Positions 19,775-30,273 of a stretch of 64,000 nucleotides of DNA are shown here, one piece after another. Each line of letters begins with the position of its first letter. The first letter of the stretch is position 1. Source of the stretch: Bdellovibrionales bacterium (lineage in GTDB: Bacteria > Bdellovibrionota > Bdellovibrionia > Bdellovibrionales > JAUICD01); the NCBI GenBank assembly GCA_965262715.1, contig OZ253553.1:224001-288000 (forward strand), given 5' to 3'. The notes beneath the pieces were generated by a model. It saw only the letters and a list, made by a program, of their open reading frames with translations, was not told where the DNA came from and did not search any database. The position numbers were made by a program, and so were the translations under genes.

Positions 19775-20558
19775 AGAATCAATGAGACTCATGGCTCCTT
19801 ACTTAATGTTCATTGTAGGGGCATATATGGGAAGCTTTGCCTATACAATCATTCTAAGATGGCCTGAAGGGGAAACCTTCCTACTTTCATGGAGTAGTTG
19901 TTCTCATTGCCAAAGGTATTTATCTTGGTATGATAATATTCCACTTTTATCTTGGATATTTTTACAAGGTAGATGTCGTTCTTGTAGCTATAAGATCTCT
20001 TTTGAATATTTCTTTATGGAAGTTTTTATGGCTTGCTTCTTTTTGACTCTGTATTGGTATATTGGATTTGAATGGAGACTTATAGAATACGCCTTGTTTT
20101 TATCGGCTCTGACAGCTGCCACTGTTATTGATTTTAAACATTTTTTACTTCCTGATATCTTAACTCTCTCAGGTATTTGTTTTGGTTTAATAGGTGCTAT
20201 ACTGAATCCAGAACGTGTATTTTTAGATAGTTTTATTGGATTATTGCTTGGCGGAGGTTTTTTTTGGTTGTCATCTCAAATTTACTCTCTTTTACGTAAG
20301 AAAGAAGGATTAGGAGGGGGAGATATAAAACTTCTGGCTTGGATTGGAACAATACTTGGTTGGCAAAGCATCCCTTTTGTTATTTTCATATCAAGTCTAC
20401 TTGGCATCATTATGGGGTTCATAATAAAGTTAAAAAGCCGAGAGGGAGAGGAAGTCGTTATTCCATTTGGCCCTTCCCTAGCCATATCAAGTGTTTTTTA
20501 TCTTTTTGGCGGAAACCAATACATTTTCACATCACTATGGCCATTTTGGTTTAGATAA
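19767..20558 (+). CDS. pilD: Prepilin peptidase
   Basis: CxxC pairs, DNIPLLSW, IDFKHFLLPD, LGGGDIKL, IPFGPSL. Confidence 0.95.
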   Translation: MFEESMRLMAPYLMFIVGAYMGSFAYTIILRWPEGETFLLSWSSCSHCQRYLSWYDNIPLLSWIFLQGRCRSCSYKISFEYFFMEVFMACFFLTLYWYIGFEWRLIEYALFLSALTAATVIDFKHFLLPDILTLSGICFGLIGAILNPERVFLDSFIGLLLGGGFFWLSSQIYSLLRKKEGLGGGDIKLLAWIGTILGWQSIPFVIFISSLLGIIMGFIIKLKSREGEEVVIPFGPSLAISSVFYLFGGNQYIFTSLWPFWFR

Positions 20559-20748
20559 AGCTACATTCATTTTACACTCAAAAATCAGTATAAATGTGCT
20601 AGATATATTATAAAATTGATTAAACCCTTCTTATATGCCAGTACTCGACCTTTTTTTGACTTTTGTACTAAAAGTAATAAAATTAAGGTAGGTCCATTTT
20701 CACTTCAGATAATAGATTAATTATAGGTAAAAAGAAAAGAGGAAGAAT

Positions 20749-21828
20749 ATGAGCATTATAGACTCACTTTTTGGTCCTGATAGGCTCATAGGGTTAGACA
20801 TAGGAACAAGCTATATCAAAGCCGTAGAGCTTAAACCGTCTAAAAAAGGAGGGTTTACTCTTGTTAGTTTTAACTATGCTCCTACACCACCTGGGGCTAT
20901 TGAATATGGCAACTTAAAAGATATTAAATCATTGGCTAACGTTATTTTAAACCTAATAAAACAAATGAATACAAAATCTAAACAAATTTGTGTGAGCCTT
21001 TGCGGTGGAAGCATTATTGTTAAACAAATAGTTCTACCTGAAATAGATAATATAAAATATATAGGTGAGATTATCAGCGATGAAGCAGAACAATATATTC
21101 CTCACAATTTAAGTGATGCACACCTACAATATTATATTTTAGAAAACCAAGAAAAAACTTCTGCTATCACTAAAGCCCTTATTATATCAGCTAAAAAAGA
21201 TATTATCTTTTCATTCTTAGAATTAGAACAACTCCTAGGACTCAAGTGCAGTATTATAGATGTTGCCAGCTTTGCCTTTTCTAACTGCTTTATTATGAAT
21301 TATCCTCAGTTTCAAGAAAATACAATAGGACTGCTCAATCTAGGTTCAAATATTACTAATTTTGTTGTTCTAGAAAATGGAGAAGTTGCTTTTGCAAAAG
21401 ACTTATTTATTGGGGGAGATCTTTATAATAAGAATCTAGTAAACTTTATGCAAGTTTCAGAAGAAGAAGCTGAGAGTTTTAAAATGAGTGCTTCTAAGAG
21501 CCAACCTCTTCCCTCAGATATTGCTGAAATCATTACAAATACACACAAAAATATTTCAGAAGAGATCAAAAGGAACTTCGATTTCTATTATGCTAGATCA
21601 GACCAGGTAAAAATAGAAAAGCTCTTTATTACAGGAGGGGCTTCTCTAACACAAGATATTATTCCTTCGCTTAATAAACTGCTTAACATAGAAGTAGAAG
21701 TGATTAACCCTTTTTCTTTAATTTCATATGATTCACAACATTTCTCTTCTGAATATCTTACACAAATTGCGCCTTATGCTTCTGTAGCAATGGGGTTAGC
21801 CATGAGATATAAAGGTGACAGCAAATGA
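20749..21828 (+). CDS. pilM: Type IV pilus assembly protein PilM
   Basis: IGLDIGTSYIKAVEL, EAEQYIP, IIDV, TGGAS, VAMGLAMR. Confidence 0.95.
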   Translation: MSIIDSLFGPDRLIGLDIGTSYIKAVELKPSKKGGFTLVSFNYAPTPPGAIEYGNLKDIKSLANVILNLIKQMNTKSKQICVSLCGGSIIVKQIVLPEIDNIKYIGEIISDEAEQYIPHNLSDAHLQYYILENQEKTSAITKALIISAKKDIIFSFLELEQLLGLKCSIIDVASFAFSNCFIMNYPQFQENTIGLLNLGSNITNFVVLENGEVAFAKDLFIGGDLYNKNLVNFMQVSEEEAESFKMSASKSQPLPSDIAEIITNTHKNISEEIKRNFDFYYARSDQVKIEKLFITGGASLTQDIIPSLNKLLNIEVEVINPFSLISYDSQHFSSEYLTQIAPYASVAMGLAMRYKGDSK

Positions 21829-22736
21829 TACGTATCAATTTGCTTGATGATATCAAAGTAGCTCATAGTCATTCTGGGGTAGGAGGTATTAAACCTATCT
21901 CGATAGATGGAAAACAAGTTGTAAATTTTATAGTTAAGATCGGTTTTGTTTTATTACCATCTTTAGCTATTTTGGGATGGAATTATACTGAAAAAACAGC
22001 AAAAGAAAAAGTTCTTAATGTGCTTAAAGTGCGTGAACAAGAAGTAGTTAGTAAAATCGAACAAGAACAGCAAAAATATAATGAAATTAAGAAATTGCAA
22101 CAAGAAACTCTAAAATTAGATCGAACTATCGAGACTCTTTCTGAAGCAGCAAGAAAGCGGACAACTACATTAAAAGCTCTTAATCTTCTGCATCAGATAG
22201 TGCCTGATCAAACTTGGCTAACAGAGGTGGAGCTGCAAAAAGGTAATAAAATTATTTTTACTGGAGAAGCTAAGCCCTCAGATATAAACATTTTTAAAAC
22301 TAACTTAAATGAAAAGAAAGCTATTTATAGAGATGTCAATATTTCTCCAAATGAAGATTTAAAAAATACCAAAACCGATTATACAAAATTTAAAATATCT
22401 GCAGAGTTGGTTCTAGATCAAGATCGAGAAGAGAGTTTAAATAATATAGAAAATAATACAATACAAGTAGATGAAGCAGCAGCAGCAGCTCAAACTGAGG
22501 ATGCAATAAATCAAGATCGAGAAGAGAGTTTAAATAATATAGAAAATAATACAACACAAGTAGATGAAGCAGCAGCAGCAGCTCAAACTGAGGATGCAAT
22601 AAATCAAGATCGAGAAGAGAGTTTAAATAATATAGAAAATAATACAACACAAGTAGATGAAGCAGCAGCAGCTCAAACTGAGGATGCAATAAATCAAGAT
22701 AAAGGAACTTTAACAGATAAAAAACAGAGTTTGTAA
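21825..22736 (+). CDS. pilN: Type IV pilus protein PilN with C-terminal tandem repeats
   Basis: MIRINLL motif, TM, coiled coil, PDQTWL. Confidence 0.9.
   Translation: MIRINLLDDIKVAHSHSGVGGIKPISIDGKQVVNFIVKIGFVLLPSLAILGWNYTEKTAKEKVLNVLKVREQEVVSKIEQEQQKYNEIKKLQQETLKLDRTIETLSEAARKRTTTLKALNLLHQIVPDQTWLTEVELQKGNKIIFTGEAKPSDINIFKTNLNEKKAIYRDVNISPNEDLKNTKTDYTKFKISAELVLDQDREESLNNIENNTIQVDEAAAAAQTEDAINQDREESLNNIENNTTQVDEAAAAAQTEDAINQDREESLNNIENNTTQVDEAAAAQTEDAINQDKGTLTDKKQSL
22417..22700 (+). repeat. 93-bp in-frame tandem repeat x3 in pilN
   Basis: Units start at 22417, 22510 and 22603 and encode QDREESLNNIENNT(I/T)QVDEA(4-5)QTEDAIN. Confidence 0.97.
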
Positions 22737-22739
22737 ATT

Positions 22740-23465
22740 ATGGAAAAAATCAATCAGGTAATAGAAAAAATTAGTCAATTATCTATTTTACAAGTTATTT
22801 TAATATCTATAGTATTTCTTGGTCTTTATTATGGGTTGGTTTTACAATATGATGATTCACTATATGTTGTAGAAAATAATATTAACTTAACAAAAGAAAA
22901 TATAAATCAAAAAGAAAAAGAAATTGAAGACTTAAAAGTTTTAATAGAACGCTCTACCAATTTGCGAGATGAATATAATGCAAAAACAAGATATTTTAAT
23001 ATGTTTGCTGGTCATATGAAAGAAATAGAAAATTCTACTACATTTTTTAGTCAGATGACAAACTCTTTTATAAGTATAATAGGAATTCAAATAAATAACT
23101 ATGAGTCTAAAAAAGCAGTTATTGTAAAGAATGACTTTGATCAAAGTACAGATAACTACAAGCTTATGCCATTAGAAATAAATATCGAAGGTACATTTGC
23201 TCAATTACTTTCTTTTATGTCTTATTTAACTCAAAGCGAACAATTGATTTCTATGGAAACTTTTAAAATCAAAAAGATAGAGGCAGATCAGTCTAGAGGA
23301 CAACTCTCACTGCTTTCTTTAAAGGGAGAGATAGCTTTGTACAGCATGCTTTCTGAAGAAGATAAATTGCAATTAGAAAAAGAGATGGAAGGAAGTAGTA
23401 AAACAGGTGATACTGTTACGCCAAGTGGATCAGCACCCACACCATCAACTGGAGCAAATCAATGA
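22740..23465 (+). CDS. pilO: Type IV pilus protein PilO
   Basis: TM plus coiled coil, PLEINIEGTFAQLLSFMSYL; position in the operon. Confidence 0.85.
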   Translation: MEKINQVIEKISQLSILQVILISIVFLGLYYGLVLQYDDSLYVVENNINLTKENINQKEKEIEDLKVLIERSTNLRDEYNAKTRYFNMFAGHMKEIENSTTFFSQMTNSFISIIGIQINNYESKKAVIVKNDFDQSTDNYKLMPLEINIEGTFAQLLSFMSYLTQSEQLISMETFKIKKIEADQSRGQLSLLSLKGEIALYSMLSEEDKLQLEKEMEGSSKTGDTVTPSGSAPTPSTGANQ

Positions 23466-24067
23466 AATACATCGGTTATTTGATGATTTTTTTACCTTTT
23501 GTATTATTTGAAGTGCCCTATAATGGTAGGGTCACTTCACTTTTAAGAGCACAAACAACACCTTCTCCCACATCTGTTGATCCTGCATCTGCTGATCTTT
23601 CAAAAGCAGAAAAAGAAAAAATTATCAGATCTTTAGGTTTCGAACCTTATGAGTATGAACATGACCCTAGGAATCGCGATCCTTTTGTATCGCTAAGACA
23701 AGAACAAGAAGTAGGAGGAGAAGACGCAATCATCAAACAAACACTGTTAGGGCCTTACTTACCTTTAGAGCGTTTTGATATAGATCAATATCAACTTATG
23801 GGTATTATTTGGGATACTGAGGAACCTAGAGCTTTGATTATGGACCCAAATAATCAGTCTCATGTGGTAAGAAAAAATGATCGTATAGGTCTCTATAAGG
23901 GATATCTTGCAGAAATTCGAGAGGGAGAAATCATTATTGCAGAACCTAAACAACAAGGACTCAAAGTTCAGTTCAATATCAAGACTCTCACTATTGCAAA
24001 AAAGCAGGCAGACAATAAAAAAACAGAGAGCAAACCTGCAAACAATATAAATAACACAAATAAATAA
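23462..24067 (+). CDS. pilP: Type IV pilus protein PilP
   Basis: RDPF, PLERFDIDQYQLMGIIW, ALIMDP…RIG. Confidence 0.9.
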   Translation: MKYIGYLMIFLPFVLFEVPYNGRVTSLLRAQTTPSPTSVDPASADLSKAEKEKIIRSLGFEPYEYEHDPRNRDPFVSLRQEQEVGGEDAIIKQTLLGPYLPLERFDIDQYQLMGIIWDTEEPRALIMDPNNQSHVVRKNDRIGLYKGYLAEIREGEIIIAEPKQQGLKVQFNIKTLTIAKKQADNKKTESKPANNINNTNK

Positions 24068-24213
24068 AAATAACATCAGATTTTGTTTTTATACATTTTA
24101 AGTTAGGAATAATGTTTAAGTAAGGTTATAGTATATCTATCGTATAGGAGGTTTGCACTTAAGAAACACACCCGCATAGTATAATAAAAAGCGTAAAAGA
24201 AGGGGTAAATCGA

Positions 24214-26628
24214 ATGAATAGCAAGCTTTTATATCCATGTTTTTTCATTTTTTCTTTGATCATTGTTTCTATTATTAAAAATGCTCAAGGTATTAATTTA
24301 TCTCACAAAAGTTCACCAGATATATTAAATATAAGAGATAGTGCAAATGGTTTATTGCTAGCGCAAACAGATGATAAAGATGACATTCAATTAGAAATAG
24401 AAGAACTCAGTCAAGAAGATGAATTTGAAGACAGTTTAGAGTCAGATTTAGAAGGAAGTTTAGAAATAGATGAAGCAGATCTCATCGATGAAGAGTTAAT
24501 AGATGTAGAAAGAGAGGAAGAAAAAACAGAAGATGCGCGTATAGAAGAAGAGTTTGAAGCACAGCAAGCAGAGGCAGAAGTAGAAGAAGCATTAGAATCA
24601 GAGGGAGAACAAAAGGCAGATCAAGAAAAAGCACTTGGAGACAATTTAGAAGAAGAGTTTGAAGAGTTTGAAGAGTTTGAAGAGCTTGCAGAGGATGATG
24701 AAGATACACAACAAGACCAAGTATCTGAAGAAGGCAGTTTAGAGGAAGAGTTTGAACAGCTTGCAGAAGATGAGTCTCCAGCAGAAAGTATAGCAGAGGA
24801 TGAAGATCTTATTGAAATCGAAGATAGTGAGGATGTATTACTTGCTGAAGAAGAGCAAGAATCTACAGGGCCTCTTTTGTATATCACAGCTGTTGATTTT
24901 TTACATGATCAAAGTGGCGGTAGTATTGTTATAAAAACGACAGGAACACCAGAGTCTCCTTCTATTCGCAGGTCAGAGGATGGGACTCAAGTGATAGTTG
25001 AACTAGATAATGTAAGATTACCTGATCAGTTTAAAAGACCTTATGCGACCAAAGAATTTCCTAGTAACATTGGTTTTTTTCAAGCTTACCAAGAAAATGA
25101 TAACTCAAAAGTTCGATTTGTAGTTCAAGTCAGAGAGCCTGTAGAGCCACTTATAAGAGTAGAGGGGAATTCTATTTTAATTGAAGCTCAAGGCTCTAGC
25201 TTAGCTGAGCAGGACTCAGGTCTGTCTGAACAGCCGGGATTAATTCAAACTGAAGAACTTTCTGATACAGGTGAATCTATGGCAACAACATCTTCTGACG
25301 TTGATCAACCTTTAACAGCTTCATCTTCAGAGGACTTTCTCTTAAAAGGTACAAAATTTACTGGAAAACCAATTTCTATAGAAGTGGATAATGCAGATAT
25401 TCGTGATGTTTTAGATTTTATCACAAATGAAAGTGGATTAAATATCATATTCTCAGAAAGCGTAAAAGGAAATGTAACTCTAAAATTAAGAGAAATTCCA
25501 TGGGATCAAGCTTTTCTTCTTATATTGCAGATGAAAAAGTTGGGATATGTTAAGAATGGTGATATCTTGATAGTCGATACAATTAGCGCTATTCAATCTG
25601 AAATAAAAGAACGACAAGCTCTACTTGACTCTAAGAAAAACTTAGAACCACTGCGCATTCAAATTCTTCCAATCAATTATGCTAAAGCTCAGGAAATGAT
25701 CAGTAAAGTACAAGTATTTAAAAGCCAGAGAGGTCAAATTCAAGCTGATCCCAGAACAAATTCTCTTATCATTACAGATATTACTGAAAACATTCAAAGA
25801 ATGAAAGAGCTTATTAGAAACTTAGATGTTCAAATCCCGCAAGTGCTTATTGAAGGTAAAATTATTGAAGCCAATGAAACTTTCAGTAGACAATTTGGGC
25901 TTGCAGTAGAGGGAAGTAATTTAAATGCAACTATAAAAGGCTTTTCTATGAAAAATAGTTCAGGAGGGTCTCAACAGCTAAACTTGGATTTAAAACAAGT
26001 CGTAGGATTAAATGCGGGCACTTTAGGGGCTATTTTTGATATGTTGGAAAATCAACAGGTATTGAGAGTGCTGTCTTCGCCACGAATTGTCACATTAAAT
26101 AATATGGGAGCTTCTATTCAACAATCAACACAAATACCTATTCCCAAGGCAGAGTCAACAGGTGGTGGTGTAACTGCAAGTACAGAGTATAAAGACATCA
26201 CATTTTCACTGAATGTAACACCACAAGTTACATCTGGAGAAAGTATTATCTTGCAAATTAGTATTCAAAGACAATCTCAGGGTGCGGCTACAGGTGAGGG
26301 TGGAGCTCCTATTGTATCGGGCCGTTCAGCAAATACAAATATAATGGTTAACGATGGAGATACAGCTGTGATTGGTGGGATATATGAAACTTCCACTTCT
26401 AATACCAGTGGAGGTGTTCCCATTTTAAGAAGTCTCCCTCTGATAGGGTCCTTATTTAAAACAAATCTTCGTGAAACTTCTAAAACAGAGCTTCTTATAT
26501 TTTTAACTCCTAGAGTCTTAAATCGAAATGAAACCTTTGCTTTAAGCCGCAGTGAAGATGAGGGTATAAATGAAGAAGACCTTAATGAAGTAGAGTTGGA
26601 CCTTGAAGAGGAATTTGATACTTTTTAA
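24214..26628 (+). CDS. pilQ: Type IV pilus secretin PilQ with long acidic N-terminal region
   Basis: AMIN-like domain, LREIPWDQAF, DPRTNSLII, QVLIEGKI, SSPRIVT, GVPILRSLPLIG, ELLIFLTPRV. Confidence 0.96.
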   Translation: MNSKLLYPCFFIFSLIIVSIIKNAQGINLSHKSSPDILNIRDSANGLLLAQTDDKDDIQLEIEELSQEDEFEDSLESDLEGSLEIDEADLIDEELIDVEREEEKTEDARIEEEFEAQQAEAEVEEALESEGEQKADQEKALGDNLEEEFEEFEEFEELAEDDEDTQQDQVSEEGSLEEEFEQLAEDESPAESIAEDEDLIEIEDSEDVLLAEEEQESTGPLLYITAVDFLHDQSGGSIVIKTTGTPESPSIRRSEDGTQVIVELDNVRLPDQFKRPYATKEFPSNIGFFQAYQENDNSKVRFVVQVREPVEPLIRVEGNSILIEAQGSSLAEQDSGLSEQPGLIQTEELSDTGESMATTSSDVDQPLTASSSEDFLLKGTKFTGKPISIEVDNADIRDVLDFITNESGLNIIFSESVKGNVTLKLREIPWDQAFLLILQMKKLGYVKNGDILIVDTISAIQSEIKERQALLDSKKNLEPLRIQILPINYAKAQEMISKVQVFKSQRGQIQADPRTNSLIITDITENIQRMKELIRNLDVQIPQVLIEGKIIEANETFSRQFGLAVEGSNLNATIKGFSMKNSSGGSQQLNLDLKQVVGLNAGTLGAIFDMLENQQVLRVLSSPRIVTLNNMGASIQQSTQIPIPKAESTGGGVTASTEYKDITFSLNVTPQVTSGESIILQISIQRQSQGAATGEGGAPIVSGRSANTNIMVNDGDTAVIGGIYETSTSNTSGGVPILRSLPLIGSLFKTNLRETSKTELLIFLTPRVLNRNETFALSRSEDEGINEEDLNEVELDLEEEFDTF

Positions 26629-26670
26629 CTTCAACATTATGTCCATAATGAGAGCTTAAAGATTCATCTT

Positions 26671-27786
26671 ATGAAAATAGCACCTGAAATTTTAAATATT
26701 GTGCCTTACAAGCCAGGTAAACCTATTGAAGAAACACAAAGGGAATATGGATTAAAAAAAGTTTATAAATTAGCAAGTAATGAAAACTTATTAGGTCCTT
26801 CTGCTACAGTTAAAGAAGCTATTTTAAAAGGTGTAGAGCAAGTACATCGCTATCCTGATGGCAGCTGTTATCTTCTAAAGAAGGCTATTTGTAAACACTA
26901 TATTATATCAGAAGATCAAGTTATTTTTGGAAATGGCTCTGATGAATTGATTGTTCTTTTAATGCGAGCCTTTTGTTTTTCCAAAGATGCGGTTTTGTTA
27001 TCAAAAGGCTCCTTTTTGCTTTACAGCATATTTGCACAAGGTTGTCGGCTAGAAATAACAGAGGTCCCTCTTAAGAAAGATTATTCCATTGACTTAGAAA
27101 ACATGATGAAATGTTGGCAGCCAAAACATAAGTTGATTTTCCTGCCAAATCCTAATAACCCTACAGGTAGTTATGTCTCTGAAGATAAACTTAAAGAGTT
27201 TATTCATTTTTTTCATAGTAAGCCAGACACATTAGTTGTAATAGATGAAGCTTATAATGCTTTTGTAACAAAAAGTGATTATCCTAAAAGTATAAAATGG
27301 CTTAAAGAGTTTTCAAGATTAGTTATTCTAAGAACTCTTTCAAAGGACCATGGGCTAGCAGGTCTGCGTATCGGCTTTGCAATTTCCCATAAACAAATTA
27401 TTGATATCTTAAATCGCATTCGTACACCCTTCAATGTGAATGCTCTAGCGCAAGTCGCTGCTAGAGCTGTCTTAGAAGATAGAGAGTACATAGAAAAGGC
27501 GCGTAGGCTTAATTTAGAAGGATTAAATTATTTTCAAAAGGAGCTTAAAAAACTACATTTACCTTATTATCCCAGTGAAGGTAACTTTATCTTTTTTGAT
27601 TCGTTGAGAGATTCTTCTATCCTTTTTGAGGCACTTTTAAAAAAAGGTCTTATCATCCGTCCTCTCAAACCGTATGGTTTTCAAACACATCTAAGAATGA
27701 GTGTAGGGTGTATGGGTGACAATATAGCAGCTATAAATATTTTAAAATCGGTACTCCCTACAGTGCCTATTGAGAAACCATCTTAA
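26671..27786 (+). CDS. hisC: Histidinol-phosphate aminotransferase family
   Basis: YKPGKP, KLASNEN, GNGSDE, NPNNPTG, DEAY, RTLSK.HGLAGLRIG. Confidence 0.93.
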   Translation: MKIAPEILNIVPYKPGKPIEETQREYGLKKVYKLASNENLLGPSATVKEAILKGVEQVHRYPDGSCYLLKKAICKHYIISEDQVIFGNGSDELIVLLMRAFCFSKDAVLLSKGSFLLYSIFAQGCRLEITEVPLKKDYSIDLENMMKCWQPKHKLIFLPNPNNPTGSYVSEDKLKEFIHFFHSKPDTLVVIDEAYNAFVTKSDYPKSIKWLKEFSRLVILRTLSKDHGLAGLRIGFAISHKQIIDILNRIRTPFNVNALAQVAARAVLEDREYIEKARRLNLEGLNYFQKELKKLHLPYYPSEGNFIFFDSLRDSSILFEALLKKGLIIRPLKPYGFQTHLRMSVGCMGDNIAAINILKSVLPTVPIEKPS

Positions 27787-28444
27787 GAATCAGGTGGACT
27801 GTAGCATCGATATCCATTTGGGTTGTATCAATTACAAGAGCATCTTTTGCCATTTTGAGAGGGGCTATATTTCTTTGCATATCCCTTGAGTCTCTTTTTA
27901 TATGATGACTTAAAACATCTTTATCTTCCAAGTCTTCTTCTAAAGCACGTCTTTTCCCACGAATGATTTGAGAAGCTGTAAGATAGATTTTCAGTTGAGC
28001 ATCTGGAAAAACGACAGTTCCACAATCTCTACCTTCTGCAATAAGGCCTTTATGCGCCTTCTTTAAACAATCCCTTTGTGGTTGCAATAAAACTTCTCTA
28101 ACTTTGGGGAGGGCACTAATTTGGGAAGCTAGATCTGAGAGATTTGCAGAAAAAGCTTTGTCACTGACATCTTCACCATTTAGATAAACAGCTGTTTTTT
28201 CAGATTGCATGATCACATCCCAATTTTTTTGTTGGTTCATCATGATCAAGTCCACTATTCTAGATTCATCAAGTGGATCAAGCTGTTTTTTTTTAACAAT
28301 AAGGGCAATAGCTCTGTAAAAAGCTCCTGTTGAAACCCAATTCCAGTCTAAAGTACTTGCTAATTTCCGACTGACTGACGTTTTACCAGAGGCAGATGGA
28401 CCATCAATTGTGATTACTTTGGTTATATTTTTTTGCATAAGCAT
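27767..28444 (-). CDS. cmk: Cytidylate kinase
   Basis: IDGPSASGKT, TGAFYR, EGRDCGTVVFPDA, RDSRD. Confidence 0.96.
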   Translation of the reverse strand: MLMQKNITKVITIDGPSASGKTSVSRKLASTLDWNWVSTGAFYRAIALIVKKKQLDPLDESRIVDLIMMNQQKNWDVIMQSEKTAVYLNGEDVSDKAFSANLSDLASQISALPKVREVLLQPQRDCLKKAHKGLIAEGRDCGTVVFPDAQLKIYLTASQIIRGKRRALEEDLEDKDVLSHHIKRDSRDMQRNIAPLKMAKDALVIDTTQMDIDATVHLILKMVSQ

Positions 28445-28468
28445 AAGATAAGAAAAATAGAAAATGTA

Positions 28469-29227
28469 TTATTTTTTATTAGAATTTGATTTTGGAACTA
28501 TGTTAAAGGTTACTTTTGTAATCTTAATATCTTTAAGAGGCTTATCGTTCATAGGATTTCGCTTAGCATTGCCAATTTTTTTAACAACATCCATCCCTTT
28601 TAAAACCTTTCCAAAAACAGAATGTTTTTCGTCTAACCAAGGAGTTGGTATCAATGTGATAAAAAACTGACTCCCATTTGTATTTGGGCCAGAATTAGCC
28701 ATAGATAAAATGCCGGGTGCATCATGCTTCAATGAGGGGTGAAATTCATCATTAAAATGATATCCTGGACCTCCCATTCCTGTCCCATAAGGACAACCTG
28801 TTTGAATCATAAAATCAGGAATCACACGATGAAAAATCAATCCGTCATAAAAAGGAACAACCTCAGTTTTTTGTTTGCTTTCTGAAACTCTTACACCTTT
28901 ATCCCCCTTAGCCAATTGGATAAAGTTTTGGACTGTTTTAGGTGCTCTCTTGTGGTATAAGACGGCTTGGATGTTTCCTAATGACGTTTTAATATCAGAA
29001 GTTACACTTTCTATTAAATTTAAATCTATATTTGTTTCTTTCACTTTAACTTGCCTTTGAGTCGTATTACTTTTTTTATCACTAGTAGTATTACTATCAA
29101 CAGCTTTAGCTTGTTGCTGAGCTTTATTTTTTACATCTTGCGCTAAACTAACTTGTAGAAAGGAAAATAGCAACAAAATACAGAAAGAAAAAAAGAAATT
29201 TTGGAATTTTTTTATTTGAAATATCAT
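28469..29227 (-). CDS. Cyclophilin-type peptidyl-prolyl isomerase, exported
   Basis: Signal peptide; FHRVIPDFMIQTG, SMANSGPNTNGSQFFIT, WLDEKHSVFG. Confidence 0.95.
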   Translation of the reverse strand: MIFQIKKFQNFFFSFCILLLFSFLQVSLAQDVKNKAQQQAKAVDSNTTSDKKSNTTQRQVKVKETNIDLNLIESVTSDIKTSLGNIQAVLYHKRAPKTVQNFIQLAKGDKGVRVSESKQKTEVVPFYDGLIFHRVIPDFMIQTGCPYGTGMGGPGYHFNDEFHPSLKHDAPGILSMANSGPNTNGSQFFITLIPTPWLDEKHSVFGKVLKGMDVVKKIGNAKRNPMNDKPLKDIKITKVTFNIVPKSNSNKK

Positions 29228-29523
29228 AAAATGACTCTTTAATTTATGTCTAAGTAAGCACTCTTGTCATCTACTATAATACAAATGTCATTATAAAGAG
29301 ATGAGAATCTTTATTGTATTTACAATTTTTGTACCAAAGTTTGACTTTGTTTTATGTTACTTCTTTAAAACAAGACTATAATATAAGAGTCTATCAATAA
29401 GTCTTTTCACTCAAAAGATGTTTTAATCCTATTTCTAATGTTAATTTAGGAATGAGATTGCTTCTACTTCTATGCCAGAGTAAAATGAAATTTAGACGAA
29501 GATGTAACCAAAAAGTTTTTAAG

Positions 29524-30273
29524 ATGATAGTGAAAAGAAAAAAAATCAAATTAGGTGTCAACTTAGATCATGTTGCAACCTTAGGACAAGTTAGAGGTGG
29601 AACGACTTCCTATCCTAACTTATTAGAACAAATGAAGGCAGCTATTAGTGGTGGAGCTGGGCAAATCACAGTACATCTACGTGAGGACCGCAGGCATATT
29701 CAAGACGCAGATGTGATCTCTCTTTTAAAGGCTTGCAAGCTTGCCCATATTTCTCTGAATTTAGAAATGGCGGCTACTTCAAAGATGGTCCAGTTTGCTT
29801 TAAGTCAAACACCTCATTGCGTTTGTTTTGTTCCAGAAAAGCGCAAAGAATTAACTACAGAAGGAGGACTTAATGTACATGCTTCTTTACATAAATTATC
29901 CCGTTATATTTCACAACTAAAGGCAAAGAAAATTTTTACTTCTCTATTTATAGAACCTAGTATAAAACAAGTACGGGCAGCAGCTTTTTGCAAGGCAGAT
30001 GCTATAGAGCTACATACTGGTCGGTTTGTTAATTTAAAGGGACAAAAGCAAGATAAGGAGTGGGAAAGACTAGTTGTTGCTGCTAAAAAGGCTCATAGTT
30101 TAAATTTAAGAGTCCATGCAGGTCATGGTTTAGATAATGTAACTGCTCAAAAAGTTTGCCAGTTACCTTATTTAGAAGAAGTCAATATTGGTCATTTTTT
30201 AGTTTGTGAGGCATTAAATGTAGGCATGAAAAAATCTGTTAACACAATTAAAAAGGTTATAGCAATATGTTAA
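29524..30273 (+). CDS. pdxJ: Pyridoxine 5'-phosphate synthase
   Basis: LGVNLDHVATL, HLREDRRHI, LNLEMA, ELHTG, HAGHGL, NIGH; start moved to the Met just before the conserved N-terminus. Confidence 0.96.
   Translation: MIVKRKKIKLGVNLDHVATLGQVRGGTTSYPNLLEQMKAAISGGAGQITVHLREDRRHIQDADVISLLKACKLAHISLNLEMAATSKMVQFALSQTPHCVCFVPEKRKELTTEGGLNVHASLHKLSRYISQLKAKKIFTSLFIEPSIKQVRAAAFCKADAIELHTGRFVNLKGQKQDKEWERLVVAAKKAHSLNLRVHAGHGLDNVTAQKVCQLPYLEEVNIGHFLVCEALNVGMKKSVNTIKKVIAIC

Noticed and set aside
29452..29523. N-terminal extensions of pdxJ (also yebC 55891-55950 and the giant gene 45014-45058)
   Set aside because: Longest-ORF artefacts; the conserved N-termini begin at downstream Met codons
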